Positions 10,137 through 20,178 are shown, numbered from the stretch's first letter. The stretch: DNA of 64,000 nucleotides from Alphaproteobacteria bacterium (GCA_965218375.1 OZ244618.1:594794-658793); one strand, 5' to 3'. Program-made: numbers and translations. The notes: a model not told the origin generated them from the letters alone.

Positions 10137-10653
10137 TAAGGGTATCACCTGCCCGCAATGCTACAGATTATCATTATCATATCAACAAAAATCTTACCCT
10201 AAAGGATAAAAAATTCTCACGCAGAACCCTACGCACACCACGCACTTGGGAGTTTACACGCATAATGGTGATAATTTATTCAACAAAATCAAATGGATAA
10301 TAAAGTGTTATTTCCTTAACTAAACACAGCACACCCCCGAAAGCTCATCGCAATAGGGAAGTATTGCCCCTTAAATTCATCGGCAAAAATCCTAGTGACT
10401 TAATGAATTTTCTGAAAATGGAAATTATCTTATTGATAGTCAGATAATTGAGTGCTTATAATGAATATAAATAAATGCTTAAGAGTATGGAATTAATACT
10501 TACATCATCATAATTCATCCTTTGACATAATACGCTTACGTGTCGTGACGCGATACGTACATTGTTAGATTTAGTCTTTATGAAGCTGCTGTATCGTTAA
10601 AGGAAATATTTTGAATTTCAAAATTTAATTATATAAGGATTTAAAATTAAGAT

Positions 10654-11934
10654 ATGACAAATAATCACTTTGAAACACTGTGCTTGCATAGTGGCTATGA
10701 CCCTGAATCGGATACTCATAATTCATTCAAGCCTCCAATCTACCAAACTTCATCTTATACCTTCACTTTCCCCAGTGATGCAGCTAATCTTTTTGCCCTC
10801 AAGAAATTTGGTAATATCTACTCACGCCTTACGAACCCAACTGTTAGTGTTCTGGCAGCCAGACTCGCAGCTATGGAAGATGGCGTTGGTGCCGTTTGTA
10901 CTTCTTCTGGACACTCAGCTCAACTCGTTGCGTTGCTCAACCTCATGCAGACCGGTGACCATATTGTCGTCTCTAAAGCGCTTTATGGCGGGTCTATCAC
11001 CCAATTTGGAAAAACATTCAAACAATTTGGATGGAATGCAGACTTTGTCGATACTAATATTATTGATGAGGTTAAAGCTGCTGTCAAAGACAATACCAAA
11101 GCTATTTTTATTGAGAGTATTTCTAACCCTTCAGGCATGATAGCTGATATTGAGGTTATAGCTGAAATCGCCCATGACGCCGGCATTCCCCTTATCGTGG
11201 ACAACACCATTCCGACCTCGTACTTGTGTCGCCCCTTCGAGCATGGCGCCGATATTGTCACCTATTCTACCACAAAGTTTTTAACTGGAAACGGCAGCAT
11301 CATTGGTGGATCAATTGTTGACTCTGGAAAATTTGACTGGAGTCAAAACGACAAATTTCCTCTCTTGACTAGCCCAGATCAGTCTTACAATAATTTAGTA
11401 TTTAATGAAACATTTGGTGAGATGGCCTTTACCGTGCGCGGCATCGCAGTTGGTCTGCGTGATCTTGGGGCATGCCTGTCACCATTCAACGCCTATTTAG
11501 CGATCAATGGTATTGAAACCCTCTCGCTGCGTATGGATAAGCATAGTTCTAATGGGCTAAAAGTTGCACAGTTCCTCGAAAAACATCCTAAGGTTAACTG
11601 GGTATCTTACCCAGGTCTGGAATCTAACAAATACTATAGTCGCGTTAAGAAGTATTGTCCCAAAGGAAGCAGTTCGGTATTTTCTTTCAGTATTCAAGGA
11701 AATGAAGTATCAGGGAAAAAGTTAGTTGAAAGCCTGAAATTGATTTCGCACCTGGCAAATGTGGGAGATGCGCGCTCACTGATTATCCACCCCTACTCAA
11801 CCACCCACTCGCAACTTAGCGATGAACAAAAAATTAAAGCCGGTGTCTTATCAGACGTCATACGTATCTCTATTGGAATTGAGCACCCAGATGATCTTAT
11901 TGCGGACCTCTCTCAAGCACTAGCGCAGGTCTAG
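10654..11934 (+). CDS. metY: O-acetylhomoserine (thiol)-lyase / sulfhydrylase (MetY/MetZ family, PLP-dependent).
   Basis: 426 aa. The N-terminus FETLCLHSGY…SSYTF…NPT and PLP-lysine region YSTTKFLTGNGS match the Cys/Met-metabolism PLP enzyme fold at OAH-sulfhydrylase length. Confidence 0.8.
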   Translation: MTNNHFETLCLHSGYDPESDTHNSFKPPIYQTSSYTFTFPSDAANLFALKKFGNIYSRLTNPTVSVLAARLAAMEDGVGAVCTSSGHSAQLVALLNLMQTGDHIVVSKALYGGSITQFGKTFKQFGWNADFVDTNIIDEVKAAVKDNTKAIFIESISNPSGMIADIEVIAEIAHDAGIPLIVDNTIPTSYLCRPFEHGADIVTYSTTKFLTGNGSIIGGSIVDSGKFDWSQNDKFPLLTSPDQSYNNLVFNETFGEMAFTVRGIAVGLRDLGACLSPFNAYLAINGIETLSLRMDKHSSNGLKVAQFLEKHPKVNWVSYPGLESNKYYSRVKKYCPKGSSSVFSFSIQGNEVSGKKLVESLKLISHLANVGDARSLIIHPYSTTHSQLSDEQKIKAGVLSDVIRISIGIEHPDDLIADLSQALAQV

Positions 11935-11949
11935 AAGATTGAGACGTTA

Positions 11950-14103
11950 ATGAGTGTTATTTTAGACAAACAATTACCCGCTTTTCATATTCTGAAAAGT
12001 GAATATGCTGATGTTATCGCCCTGCAGGAAGTTTATATTGGATTAACTCCAAAACGTCTTAGAATCGGCGTTTTGAATCTCATGCCAACTAAAGTTGAAA
12101 CAGAAACACAGTTGGCGCGCGTGTTGTCTAATTCCATTATTCCTGTCGAAATTTTTTGGCTAAAACTGAATCACTATACGCCGAAAAACACCAAGGCAGA
12201 ACATATGGAAATGTTCTACCAAAAGTGGAGTGAAATTGATATTGAACGACTGGATGCCCTAATTATTACTGGGGCTCCGGTCGAACAGTTAAGTTTTACT
12301 GACGTTGAATATTGGACAGAACTCTGCACGTTCTTTAAGATAGCAGAAACTAAAAATGCGTTCTTTATCTGTTGGGGAGCGCAAGCTTTTTTATACTATA
12401 AATATGGTATTGAAAAATATATTGAACAACAGAAAATTTCGGGCATTTTTGAGCATAAAATTACCCAAACAGATTCTATTTTGCGCGGTCTGTCTGATGT
12501 AACCTATATACCGGTTTCACGTCATACTCGGGTCAAGGAAGAAAACATTACTTCCTTTGAGGAACTGGATGTCCTGATCCACTCCCAAGAAGCGGGGATT
12601 TGTCTGATCAAAAATAATAAATTGGATCACTTCTACATGTTCAATCATCTGGAATATGACCATGATACAATCCTGAAAGAATATATTCGTGATCAAGAGC
12701 GTGGACATAAAACCGTCATCCCAAGTAATTACTTTTCTGACGACCAAAAAACCCTCAATAAATGGCGTTCCTTTGGGTTTCTTATGTACGGAAACTGGTT
12801 AAATCAACTCTATAAAGACAAACAGTATGACCCAATTCGCGTGGGCGTTGCAGGACTTAACACTGTGGGGACGAACGTTCTGAAACTGCTCAAAGAACGT
12901 GAAGACTTCATTAAAGAAAAAACTGGCCGTCAGGCAACTATTGTCGCCGTTTCTGACCTTGATAAAACAAGACTGCACCCCAAGGACGCCCTTTGTTACC
13001 GCTGGTTTGATAACCCGATCAGTCTTGCAGAATTTGACGGCATAGATATGTTCATTGAACTTATTGGGACGGAAAAAGGTATCTCCTATGATTCTGTGCT
13101 TACAGCCATTAAAAACGGGAAACATGTGATTTCCTCTAATCAGGCGCTCTTCTCTCACCATGGGTTGGAGTTGATAATTGAAGCAGAGAATCGCGGCCTC
13201 AACACCAATTTTGAAGCCGCCATAGCTGGGGGAATCCCTATTATCAAGACCATGAATGAAGCACTGGCCTCCGATAGATTACTCTCCATTGAAGCGATAC
13301 TCAACGGACCATCAAATTACATTCTTAGCCAGATGGAAATGACCAGCCGGCCCTTTCATGAGATCCTCCACCACGCACAAAACATAGAGTGTATTGCCCC
13401 TGAATCCTCCCTGGATGTGGATGGAGTGGATGATGCCCATAAGCTCAATATTTTAAGCTGTATCGGCTTTGGATACAATATTCAAGTTGCGGATATGTTT
13501 GTTCAGGGTATCCGCGATATTACCCCACTGGATATGGAAATTGCCCAACAACAAGGGTATAAAATCAAGTTATTAGCGCGAAGCTTCAGAACGAATGATG
13601 AAATATGCTGCGCCGTAAGTCCCTATTTAATTAACAACTCCCATGATCTTGCCTGCACCGACAATCAATACAACGCCATACTGTGCAAAGGGGAATCTAT
13701 TGGTGAGCTCTTCCTAAAAGGGAGAGGGTCTGGTGGCGAACCTACAGCAACTGCCGTTGTCGCAGCCGTTATTGATCTTGCTGCTGATCGCAAATCACAC
13801 CCTTTTGGCCTCCCCGCCCAGCGCATCAAATCCATTAAGGGCTATGATATCCGCAATCATATCCAGCGATTCTATGTGCGTACAACAGCTGAGATATCAA
13901 TTTTCTCCCCTTACATAGAAACCCTCTTAATGCAGTCTGATCACCATCATATATTTTTGACAATACCCCTCACCCTCAAAAAACTCCACGCAACCCTATT
14001 TTCTTACACGTCCATGATTATTCCCCTGCTGGAACACGAAGAAGACGTGGGATCAACCGTCACTGGTATGGAAAACACCTCAAACTTTCCGCAAATTATA
14101 TGA
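11950..14103 (+). CDS. Single-ORF bifunctional fusion of homoserine O-acyltransferase (MetA, N-terminal about 300 aa) and homoserine dehydrogenase (Hom, C-terminal about 415 aa).
   Basis: N-terminal half aligns by eye with E. coli MetA: LRIGVLNLMPTKVETETQ, LIITGAP, active-site Cys in FFICWGAQAF, HLEYDHDT, GNWLNQLY. Immediately after comes IRVGVAGLNTVGTNVLKLL (HSDH NAD-binding start), then AIAGGIPIIKT and ILNGPSNYIL (HSDH catalytic-domain motifs). No stop or frameshift separates the two halves. Confidence 0.8.
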   Translation: MSVILDKQLPAFHILKSEYADVIALQEVYIGLTPKRLRIGVLNLMPTKVETETQLARVLSNSIIPVEIFWLKLNHYTPKNTKAEHMEMFYQKWSEIDIERLDALIITGAPVEQLSFTDVEYWTELCTFFKIAETKNAFFICWGAQAFLYYKYGIEKYIEQQKISGIFEHKITQTDSILRGLSDVTYIPVSRHTRVKEENITSFEELDVLIHSQEAGICLIKNNKLDHFYMFNHLEYDHDTILKEYIRDQERGHKTVIPSNYFSDDQKTLNKWRSFGFLMYGNWLNQLYKDKQYDPIRVGVAGLNTVGTNVLKLLKEREDFIKEKTGRQATIVAVSDLDKTRLHPKDALCYRWFDNPISLAEFDGIDMFIELIGTEKGISYDSVLTAIKNGKHVISSNQALFSHHGLELIIEAENRGLNTNFEAAIAGGIPIIKTMNEALASDRLLSIEAILNGPSNYILSQMEMTSRPFHEILHHAQNIECIAPESSLDVDGVDDAHKLNILSCIGFGYNIQVADMFVQGIRDITPLDMEIAQQQGYKIKLLARSFRTNDEICCAVSPYLINNSHDLACTDNQYNAILCKGESIGELFLKGRGSGGEPTATAVVAAVIDLAADRKSHPFGLPAQRIKSIKGYDIRNHIQRFYVRTTAEISIFSPYIETLLMQSDHHHIFLTIPLTLKKLHATLFSYTSMIIPLLEHEEDVGSTVTGMENTSNFPQII

Positions 14104-14285
14104 GAAAACCCCCAACCGCTCCCCCTTAGAGCACTGCTTAAGTGCATAAAAAAATAGGGGATATTTTACATATTCATTTGTAAAATCCTTTAAAATTAAA
14201 TATATGATTTAAATTAAATGTTATCTTTGCAATTTGACAGTTGAAATTAATTCGCATTTACATAACAATAAACTTAATTCCTTGA

Positions 14286-15200
14286 TTGGAGAATTTCATG
14301 TTTTGTAAACTAAGTCACGTATCATTATTTGTTTTTGTTGTCATACTCTCTGCTGCCTCTAATGCGGGAAATGATAAGATGAAAGTTGTGACTACTTTCA
14401 CTGTCATTGCGAACATGGCTTCAGAAGTAGCAGGAGATGCCGCCCATGTCGTCTCAATCACTAAGCCTGGGGCAGAAATTCACGGATATGAACCTACTCC
14501 GCAAGATATTGTCCGCGCAATGGATGCTGACCTGATTCTCTGGAACGGGATGAATCTTGAAATATGGTTTAAACAGTTCTTTGCCAGACTTGATAATGTG
14601 CCTTCAGTTACCCTAACAGACAATATTGATCCCATTCCCATTTCATCGGGATCCTATAAAGGTGCGCCAAACCCTCACGCCTGGATGGGGCTTGAGAGTG
14701 GCCTCATTTATATCGATAATATTATGAAGGCGTTTATAAAATATGACCCTAAAAATGCCGTAGTTTACCAACAAAACGCTGAGAACTTTCGCACCCGTTT
14801 ATATGAAACAATTGAACCACTTCGCCAGGCAATTGCGGCTCTTCCCGAGAAACGCCGATGGCTTGTCACGTGTGAAGGCGCCTTTAGTTACCTTGCCCGG
14901 GACTTCTCCATGAAGGAGCTTTACTTATGGCCGATAAATGCTGACCGTGCAGGAACTCCACAGCAAATTCGTACCGTTATTGATGGGATCCGAAAAAACA
15001 ATATTCCCGTCATATTTTGTGAAAGCACCGTAAATACTGCCCCCGCACGACAGATCGCTCGAGAAACAGGTGCGCATTATGGAGGGGTTTTATATGTCGA
15101 TTCCCTAAGTGCAGCAGGCGGCATTGTGCCAACCTATCTCGACCTATTAAAAGTAACATCTCATACTATCTTTATGGGATTAACTTCAACTCTTAAGTGA
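14286..15200 (+). CDS. sitA: Metal (Mn/Fe/Zn) ABC transporter substrate-binding protein, TroA/SitA/MntC cluster-9 family.
   Basis: Signal peptide followed by KVVTTFTVIANMASEVAGD…ITKPGAEIHGYEPTPQDIV…DADLILWNG, the typical cluster A-I SBP pattern. Confidence 0.8.
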   Translation: MENFMFCKLSHVSLFVFVVILSAASNAGNDKMKVVTTFTVIANMASEVAGDAAHVVSITKPGAEIHGYEPTPQDIVRAMDADLILWNGMNLEIWFKQFFARLDNVPSVTLTDNIDPIPISSGSYKGAPNPHAWMGLESGLIYIDNIMKAFIKYDPKNAVVYQQNAENFRTRLYETIEPLRQAIAALPEKRRWLVTCEGAFSYLARDFSMKELYLWPINADRAGTPQQIRTVIDGIRKNNIPVIFCESTVNTAPARQIARETGAHYGGVLYVDSLSAAGGIVPTYLDLLKVTSHTIFMGLTSTLK

Positions 15201-15293
15201 TGAAATAGATGAAAAAAGTTAAATTGTCTCCAGATCCTATATCCAAGGGCCAAACTTTGAAAAATCATGGACTTTTAAATTAAGGATAAAACC

Positions 15294-16202
15294 ATGAATA
15301 ATAATCATGTAAAAAAGAACCCAGTACAAAATGAACGTGATGACAATCATCAGGTTAACGGAATATGTGCTCAAGATATTACGGTACACTATCGTAATGG
15401 ACATACAGCTTTATGGAATGCGACTTTCCAACTTCCCAAAGGAACAGTCGCCGCACTTGTTGGGGTTAATGGAGCTGGTAAGTCCACTCTTTTTAAGGCA
15501 CTCATGGGCTTTCTTCCTGCTGCAAAAGGAAATATTTCCATACTTGGTATGAGCGTTAAGATGGCGCTTCGTAAAAATTTGGTTGCTTACGTACCACAAT
15601 CTGAAGAGGTTGATTGGAGCTTTCCAGTCCTGGTAGAAGACGTTGTGATGATGGGCCGATATGGTCATATGGGGTTTTTTCGCCGCCCTAAAGCAATAGA
15701 CTTTGAAGCTGTTGAGTCGGCTCTGTGTCGGGTCGGCATGCAGGACTACCGCAAACGTCAAATAGGGGAGCTTTCCGGCGGTCAACGGAAGCGGGTCTTT
15801 TTAGCCCGTTCCCTCGCTCAAGATGGACAAATTATTCTTCTGGATGAACCTTTTACGGGTGTTGATGTCAATACTGAAGACCAAATCGTTGCCCTGTTAA
15901 GAGAATTGCGGAACGAGGGGCGTATCATGCTCGTCTCTACCCATAACCTAGGGTCAGTTCCAGAATTTTGTGATCGCACGATCCTCCTGAAGGGAACCAT
16001 TATTGGCTACGGCCCGACAGAGGCTGTGTTTACCCGTGAAAATCTAGAAAAAACATTTGGAGGAATTCTGCGTCGCTTCACACTTGTCAGTACGGTGCTC
16101 CATGAAGATGAAGATACCCGTGAAGTGACAATTCTCTCTGATGATAACCGCCCTTTCGTCCAATATGGCGAAAAAACCCAAATCACGGAATACGATACAT
16201 GA
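15294..16202 (+). CDS. sitB: Metal ABC transporter ATP-binding protein.
   Basis: GVNGAGKSTLFKALMG (Walker A), LSGGQRKRVFLARSL (signature), ILLDEPFTGVD (Walker B). Confidence 0.85.
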   Translation: MNNNHVKKNPVQNERDDNHQVNGICAQDITVHYRNGHTALWNATFQLPKGTVAALVGVNGAGKSTLFKALMGFLPAAKGNISILGMSVKMALRKNLVAYVPQSEEVDWSFPVLVEDVVMMGRYGHMGFFRRPKAIDFEAVESALCRVGMQDYRKRQIGELSGGQRKRVFLARSLAQDGQIILLDEPFTGVDVNTEDQIVALLRELRNEGRIMLVSTHNLGSVPEFCDRTILLKGTIIGYGPTEAVFTRENLEKTFGGILRRFTLVSTVLHEDEDTREVTILSDDNRPFVQYGEKTQITEYDT

Positions 16203-17101
16203 TCTCCATTTTACTTGAGCCTTTCAGCTATAGTTATATGGTGAATGCCATGTGGGTTTCTGCTCTTGTGGGCGGTGTTTGTGCGTTTCTATCAGCGTAT
16301 TTAATGCTGAAAGGATGGTCTCTTTTTGGAGATGCCCTGTCACACTCGGTCGTCCCTGGGGTGGCTATTGCCTATATTATCGGCCTCCCCTTTGCGCTTG
16401 GCGCCTTTATCTCTGGCGGACTTGCGGCTGGAGCAATGCTATTTTTATCTACGCGATCTGGACTTAAAATAGATGTGATTATCGGACTAATTTTCACATC
16501 GTTCTTTGGACTTGGGCTCTTTATTGTCTCGATTTATCCCATATCCGTATCAATTCAAACAATTACCATGGGCAACATTCTAACCATAACGCCCGAAGAT
16601 ACCTTTCAGTTGGCTATAATTGGCTTTTTATCACTCATAATCTTGCTGGCAAAGTGGAAAGACCTCACAGTCATCTTCTTTGATGAAAACCATGCCCGCA
16701 CTATTGGACTGCGTCCTGAACTTTTAAAAGTCATTTTTTTTATGTTATTATCTGCCTGTGTGGTGGCTGCAATGCAAACGGTTGGCGCTTTTCTGGTTGT
16801 TGCCATGGTGGTTACGCCCGGAGCAACTGCCTATCTGCTCTGTGACCGCTTCTCTATTCTGATTTTAACGTCTGTCATTTGCGGCGTTGTGACCAGCTTT
16901 GCTGGAACATATTTCAGCTATTTCCTGAACGGTGCCACAGGGGGTATCATTGTTACACTTCAAACCCTTATTTTTATCTTTGCCTTTATATTTGCACCAA
17001 AACATGGCCTCATTTCTACCCGTCGCAAAACACTTAACGCATTAAAAAGTAACAACTTTTCCACTTCCCATATAATAGAAAGTCGCCAAAAGAGTACCTA
17101 A
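16199..17101 (+). CDS. sitC: Metal ABC transporter permease (ABC-3 family).
   Basis: Hydrophobic, about 300 aa, translationally coupled between the ATPase and a second ABC-3 permease. Confidence 0.75.
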   Translation: MISILLEPFSYSYMVNAMWVSALVGGVCAFLSAYLMLKGWSLFGDALSHSVVPGVAIAYIIGLPFALGAFISGGLAAGAMLFLSTRSGLKIDVIIGLIFTSFFGLGLFIVSIYPISVSIQTITMGNILTITPEDTFQLAIIGFLSLIILLAKWKDLTVIFFDENHARTIGLRPELLKVIFFMLLSACVVAAMQTVGAFLVVAMVVTPGATAYLLCDRFSILILTSVICGVVTSFAGTYFSYFLNGATGGIIVTLQTLIFIFAFIFAPKHGLISTRRKTLNALKSNNFSTSHIIESRQKST

Positions 17102-17925
17102 TGGATATCAACACACTATTAATGCCCTTTACCTTTAATTTTATGCAAAACGCTTTTTGGATCTCAATTCTGATATCAGTACCCACGGCGCTTTTATCGT
17201 GTTTTCTGGTTTTAAAAGGCTGGGCACTCATGGGCGACGCTGTCAGTCACGCGGTTCTACCTGGGATTGTTCTGGCATCTATTCTTGGTGTGCCTCTCAT
17301 ATTTGGAGCTTTTGCAAGTGGCATGCTTTGCTCCCTAGCAACCGGATACTTATCTCGCAATAGTCGTATTAAGCAAGATACAATTATGGGCGTCGTATTT
17401 TCAGGCATGTTCGGTATTGGAATTATCATGTATTTTGCGGTCGACACCAATTTACATCTGGACCATATTTTATTTGGGAATATACTCGGCGTTGGATCCG
17501 ATGAAATGTGGATAACTGGTATTATTTCTATTGTGGTCTCGCTTGCTTTGATTTTTAAATGGAAAGAGTGGTTGTTACAAAGCTTCGATCCAGCACAGGC
17601 AAAAGCATCAGGGCTATGGATTGGGTGGCTGCATTATGGTCTGCTTACAGCACTTTCCCTTACCATCATTGCAACCTTATCGGCAACAGGGCTGATTCTC
17701 GCCATCGGACTGCTCATAGCGCCAGGCGCCATTGCATTTTTACTTGTTCGGAAGTTCTCAACCATGCTCTGGCTGTCAGTGCTGATTTGTATGATGTCCA
17801 TGCTCATAGGAATCTATGCCAGCTTTTTCATTGATAGTGCACCAGCACCTACAATTGTCCTTATTATGACAGCGATCTTTATCATTACTTTTGTGCGCAA
17901 ACTATTTCTTACCCACCGCTCTTAA
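17101..17925 (+). CDS. sitD: Metal ABC transporter permease (ABC-3 family), second subunit.
   Basis: Paralogous to the preceding permease (…MGDAVSHAVLPGIV… versus …FGDALSHSVVPGVA…). Confidence 0.75.
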   Translation: MDINTLLMPFTFNFMQNAFWISILISVPTALLSCFLVLKGWALMGDAVSHAVLPGIVLASILGVPLIFGAFASGMLCSLATGYLSRNSRIKQDTIMGVVFSGMFGIGIIMYFAVDTNLHLDHILFGNILGVGSDEMWITGIISIVVSLALIFKWKEWLLQSFDPAQAKASGLWIGWLHYGLLTALSLTIIATLSATGLILAIGLLIAPGAIAFLLVRKFSTMLWLSVLICMMSMLIGIYASFFIDSAPAPTIVLIMTAIFIITFVRKLFLTHRS

Positions 17926-18134
17926 CTTATAAAGTCAATCAGTCCCCCCCCACACGCATCAAAGGACTTTGCCTTAGGGTGACCCGCGCATATAAATGCA
18001 ACTATTAGCTCTTTAAAGATAAAAGCCAAATACGTTTACTATAGTGATTCTTGTAAGGAGGAATTATTTTACTTGTTAACGAAAAAACCAAAGACGCCGC
18101 CATGAACGCAGCAGGTGAGTGTTTACGAGATAAA

Positions 18135-18211
18135 TGGTCGGGGCTGCAGGATTCGAACCTGCGACCCCCTGGTCCCAAACCAGGTGCGCTACCAGACTGC
18201 GCCAAGCCCCG
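18135..18211 (-). tRNA. tRNA-Pro (anticodon TGG).
   Basis: Folded manually from the reverse complement. Acceptor CGGGGCT/AGCCCCG, D-arm GCGC/GCGC, anticodon stem CCTGG/CCAGG with loop TTTGGGA, T-arm GCAGG-TTCGAAT-CCTGC, discriminator A, encoded CCA. Confidence 0.85.
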
Positions 18212-18326
18212 CCTTTAAATTTTTTTATCAATAACAACAAGCATCGATAGACCGATACCCTAACTGAACAAGTGTTCTACCGCAACTTTAATCTAACTGC
18301 AAGAAAATAAAATCATTTAAATCTAT

Positions 18327-19232
18327 TTATTTTTCTTCCTCATATAACGGCAACAATGCCCATAAACCATATATATTAATTTTAGGGTGCGTGGTGCTGC
18401 TGGAAAACCATTTCATTACATGCGCGGTTAAAGAAGGTGGCACTTTATTTTGCTGAGCAGCGCCAGACATTTTTTCTCGCTGAGCCGCCATGACTGTCCT
18501 CCAAAAAAGACTATAGGCATCACCAGACAAGGTAAGTTTATCTAAGTCCTCATTCAGGAGTTCCCCGCCTTCTTCCCCGCCATTAGCGAGCGACCATAAC
18601 CTCCCCCATCCTTGGGCACATTGATCCTTTTCCTGGCATGCCTTTAAGCCCATATCAACGACACTTTCAGCGAGACTTAAATAGTATTCATCTTCAATAA
18701 AATAAGCGTAATCCCGTAAAAATACACAGGCGAGACCATACTCGGAAAGTGTCACACGCTCAGCCGATAAAGCTTGGCGCATACGATCAGATATGGCGAG
18801 CACCACAAAAGTCACCAACTCTTTCAGGCGCTCTGTTTGATTCACCTTTCGATCCAAAAAATAAAGTGGTAAGACCCATGAGAGAGACTCGGTGCTATGT
18901 AAGTATTGCCTGCGATATATCTGGTGAACTTCTTGCTCTAAACGATAAGCTGACAAGCGCGTATCGATAAACGGATCAAAACGATTTGTCCCCCTAACAT
19001 GGGAGTGCCACATCAACGCCCACATGGCGCCGACAGCTTCCCCCCAGTCACCGCACCCTGTAAAAGCGCCGGACGAGCTTGACTTTGACGCTAAACAAAA
19101 CACTAACTCTTGGGCCATCCGATCAGTATATACGGTGAGCCGATATGAAAAGTCTTGGTTTTGCTCCGACGCAACCGCCTGACACCCCATACTTCCTATT
19201 ATCAAAACCAAACATCTTATCTGTAACCACAT
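18327..19232 (-). CDS. Hypothetical secreted protein (signal peptide). No family recognised.
   Basis: N-terminal MWLQIRCLVLIIGSMGCQAVAS, 301 aa. Divergently oriented to the NitT/TauT transporter operon and adjacent to tRNA-Pro. Confidence 0.35.
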   Translation of the reverse strand: MWLQIRCLVLIIGSMGCQAVASEQNQDFSYRLTVYTDRMAQELVFCLASKSSSSGAFTGCGDWGEAVGAMWALMWHSHVRGTNRFDPFIDTRLSAYRLEQEVHQIYRRQYLHSTESLSWVLPLYFLDRKVNQTERLKELVTFVVLAISDRMRQALSAERVTLSEYGLACVFLRDYAYFIEDEYYLSLAESVVDMGLKACQEKDQCAQGWGRLWSLANGGEEGGELLNEDLDKLTLSGDAYSLFWRTVMAAQREKMSGAAQQNKVPPSLTAHVMKWFSSSTTHPKINIYGLWALLPLYEEEK

Positions 19233-19413
19233 GGACGGTGTCTCAGAACTCCCTTAAAAGTAAAATTGTGTACCTTATGAAAATGTAGTCTGGCTAAAAC
19301 TTCTCCCAACGCCCCCCACCAGTTTACTCAAAAATAGTACCGATTCTGATGAGACTTGACAAGAGTAAGGGGGTTTATTACCTTACAAACTAATAGACTG
19401 AAATTTTTTTCTT

Positions 19414-20178
19414 TTGGCACTCCTTGTACTCTCCTTAAATATGTCCCAATCACATAGTGCACCTTCTCACGCCATGCCCCTTAAAAACTATGGCGTCAAG
19501 ATACCAAGCTTTAAGTTTCCAACGTCTCACCCTTCTGTAGAGTACTTATTAAAAAATATTAGCCTTACCCTTACCCCCAGCAGGTGCTCGGTGATTATGG
19601 GCAGGTCTGGGTGCGGTAAGTCTACACTGTTACGACTGATGGCGGGACTCATCGACCTGCCAAAGGATGCACAGCGCTGGGTCCCTCAGGTTAATGGTCG
19701 AGACAACATCGCCCTCATGGGCCAGGATCACGCTTTAATGCCATGGCTGACTGTTACAGAAAATGTCATGATTGGACATCGACTGCGCGGGGAAAAACCT
19801 AATAAAGACTATGCCTATCATCTCTTATCACAGGTTAATCTATATGACCACCGTGACCAATACCCAAAGTCCCTCTCTGGCGGGATGAGACAGCGAACTT
19901 CCCTGGCGCGCACCCTCTATGAAGAGGCGGAAATCATCCTCATGGACGAACCCTTTAACAGTCTTGACGCCTTAACGCGTCTAGAAATACAAAATATTCT
20001 TAAAAATGTGTTTCAATCTAAAACCTGCCTATTCATTACCCACGATCCACGGGAAGCGCTGCACATGGGTGATGATATTTTTATCCTGCAGGATGGAAAC
20101 CTGACCCTACAAAGCTCTCCTTCAGTCTCGTCTCTTTTTCATACACTCGGCGCCAAAGATTATGACCCCTCAAGTTAA
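19414..20178 (+). CDS. ABC transporter ATP-binding protein, NitT/TauT (nitrate/sulfonate/taurine/HMP-type) family.
   Basis: GRSGCGKSTLLRLMAGL, LSGGMRQRTSLARTL, ILMDEPFNSLD. Confidence 0.8.
   Translation: MALLVLSLNMSQSHSAPSHAMPLKNYGVKIPSFKFPTSHPSVEYLLKNISLTLTPSRCSVIMGRSGCGKSTLLRLMAGLIDLPKDAQRWVPQVNGRDNIALMGQDHALMPWLTVTENVMIGHRLRGEKPNKDYAYHLLSQVNLYDHRDQYPKSLSGGMRQRTSLARTLYEEAEIILMDEPFNSLDALTRLEIQNILKNVFQSKTCLFITHDPREALHMGDDIFILQDGNLTLQSSPSVSSLFHTLGAKDYDPSS

Noticed and set aside
10055-10300. 81-aa plus-strand ORF in the long metY / iron-operon intergenic region.
   Set aside because: No RBS, low-complexity sequence, and it spans the tandem repeat operator candidate. More likely non-coding regulatory DNA.
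10301-10653. Looked for a SAM-II or other methionine riboswitch upstream of metY.
   Set aside because: I could not match the SAM-II consensus hairpin-pseudoknot by eye. Left as an open check (Rfam scan) rather than a call.
10670-11261. Alternative-frame ORFs inside metY (10670..11140 plus strand, 10983..11261 minus strand).
   Set aside because: Nested within a well-supported PLP-enzyme CDS.
18005-18205. 66-aa minus-strand ORF (MAQSGSAPGLGPGGRRFESC…).
   Set aside because: It overlaps and is generated by the tRNA-Pro gene sequence (…GGRRFES… is the T-arm read as protein).
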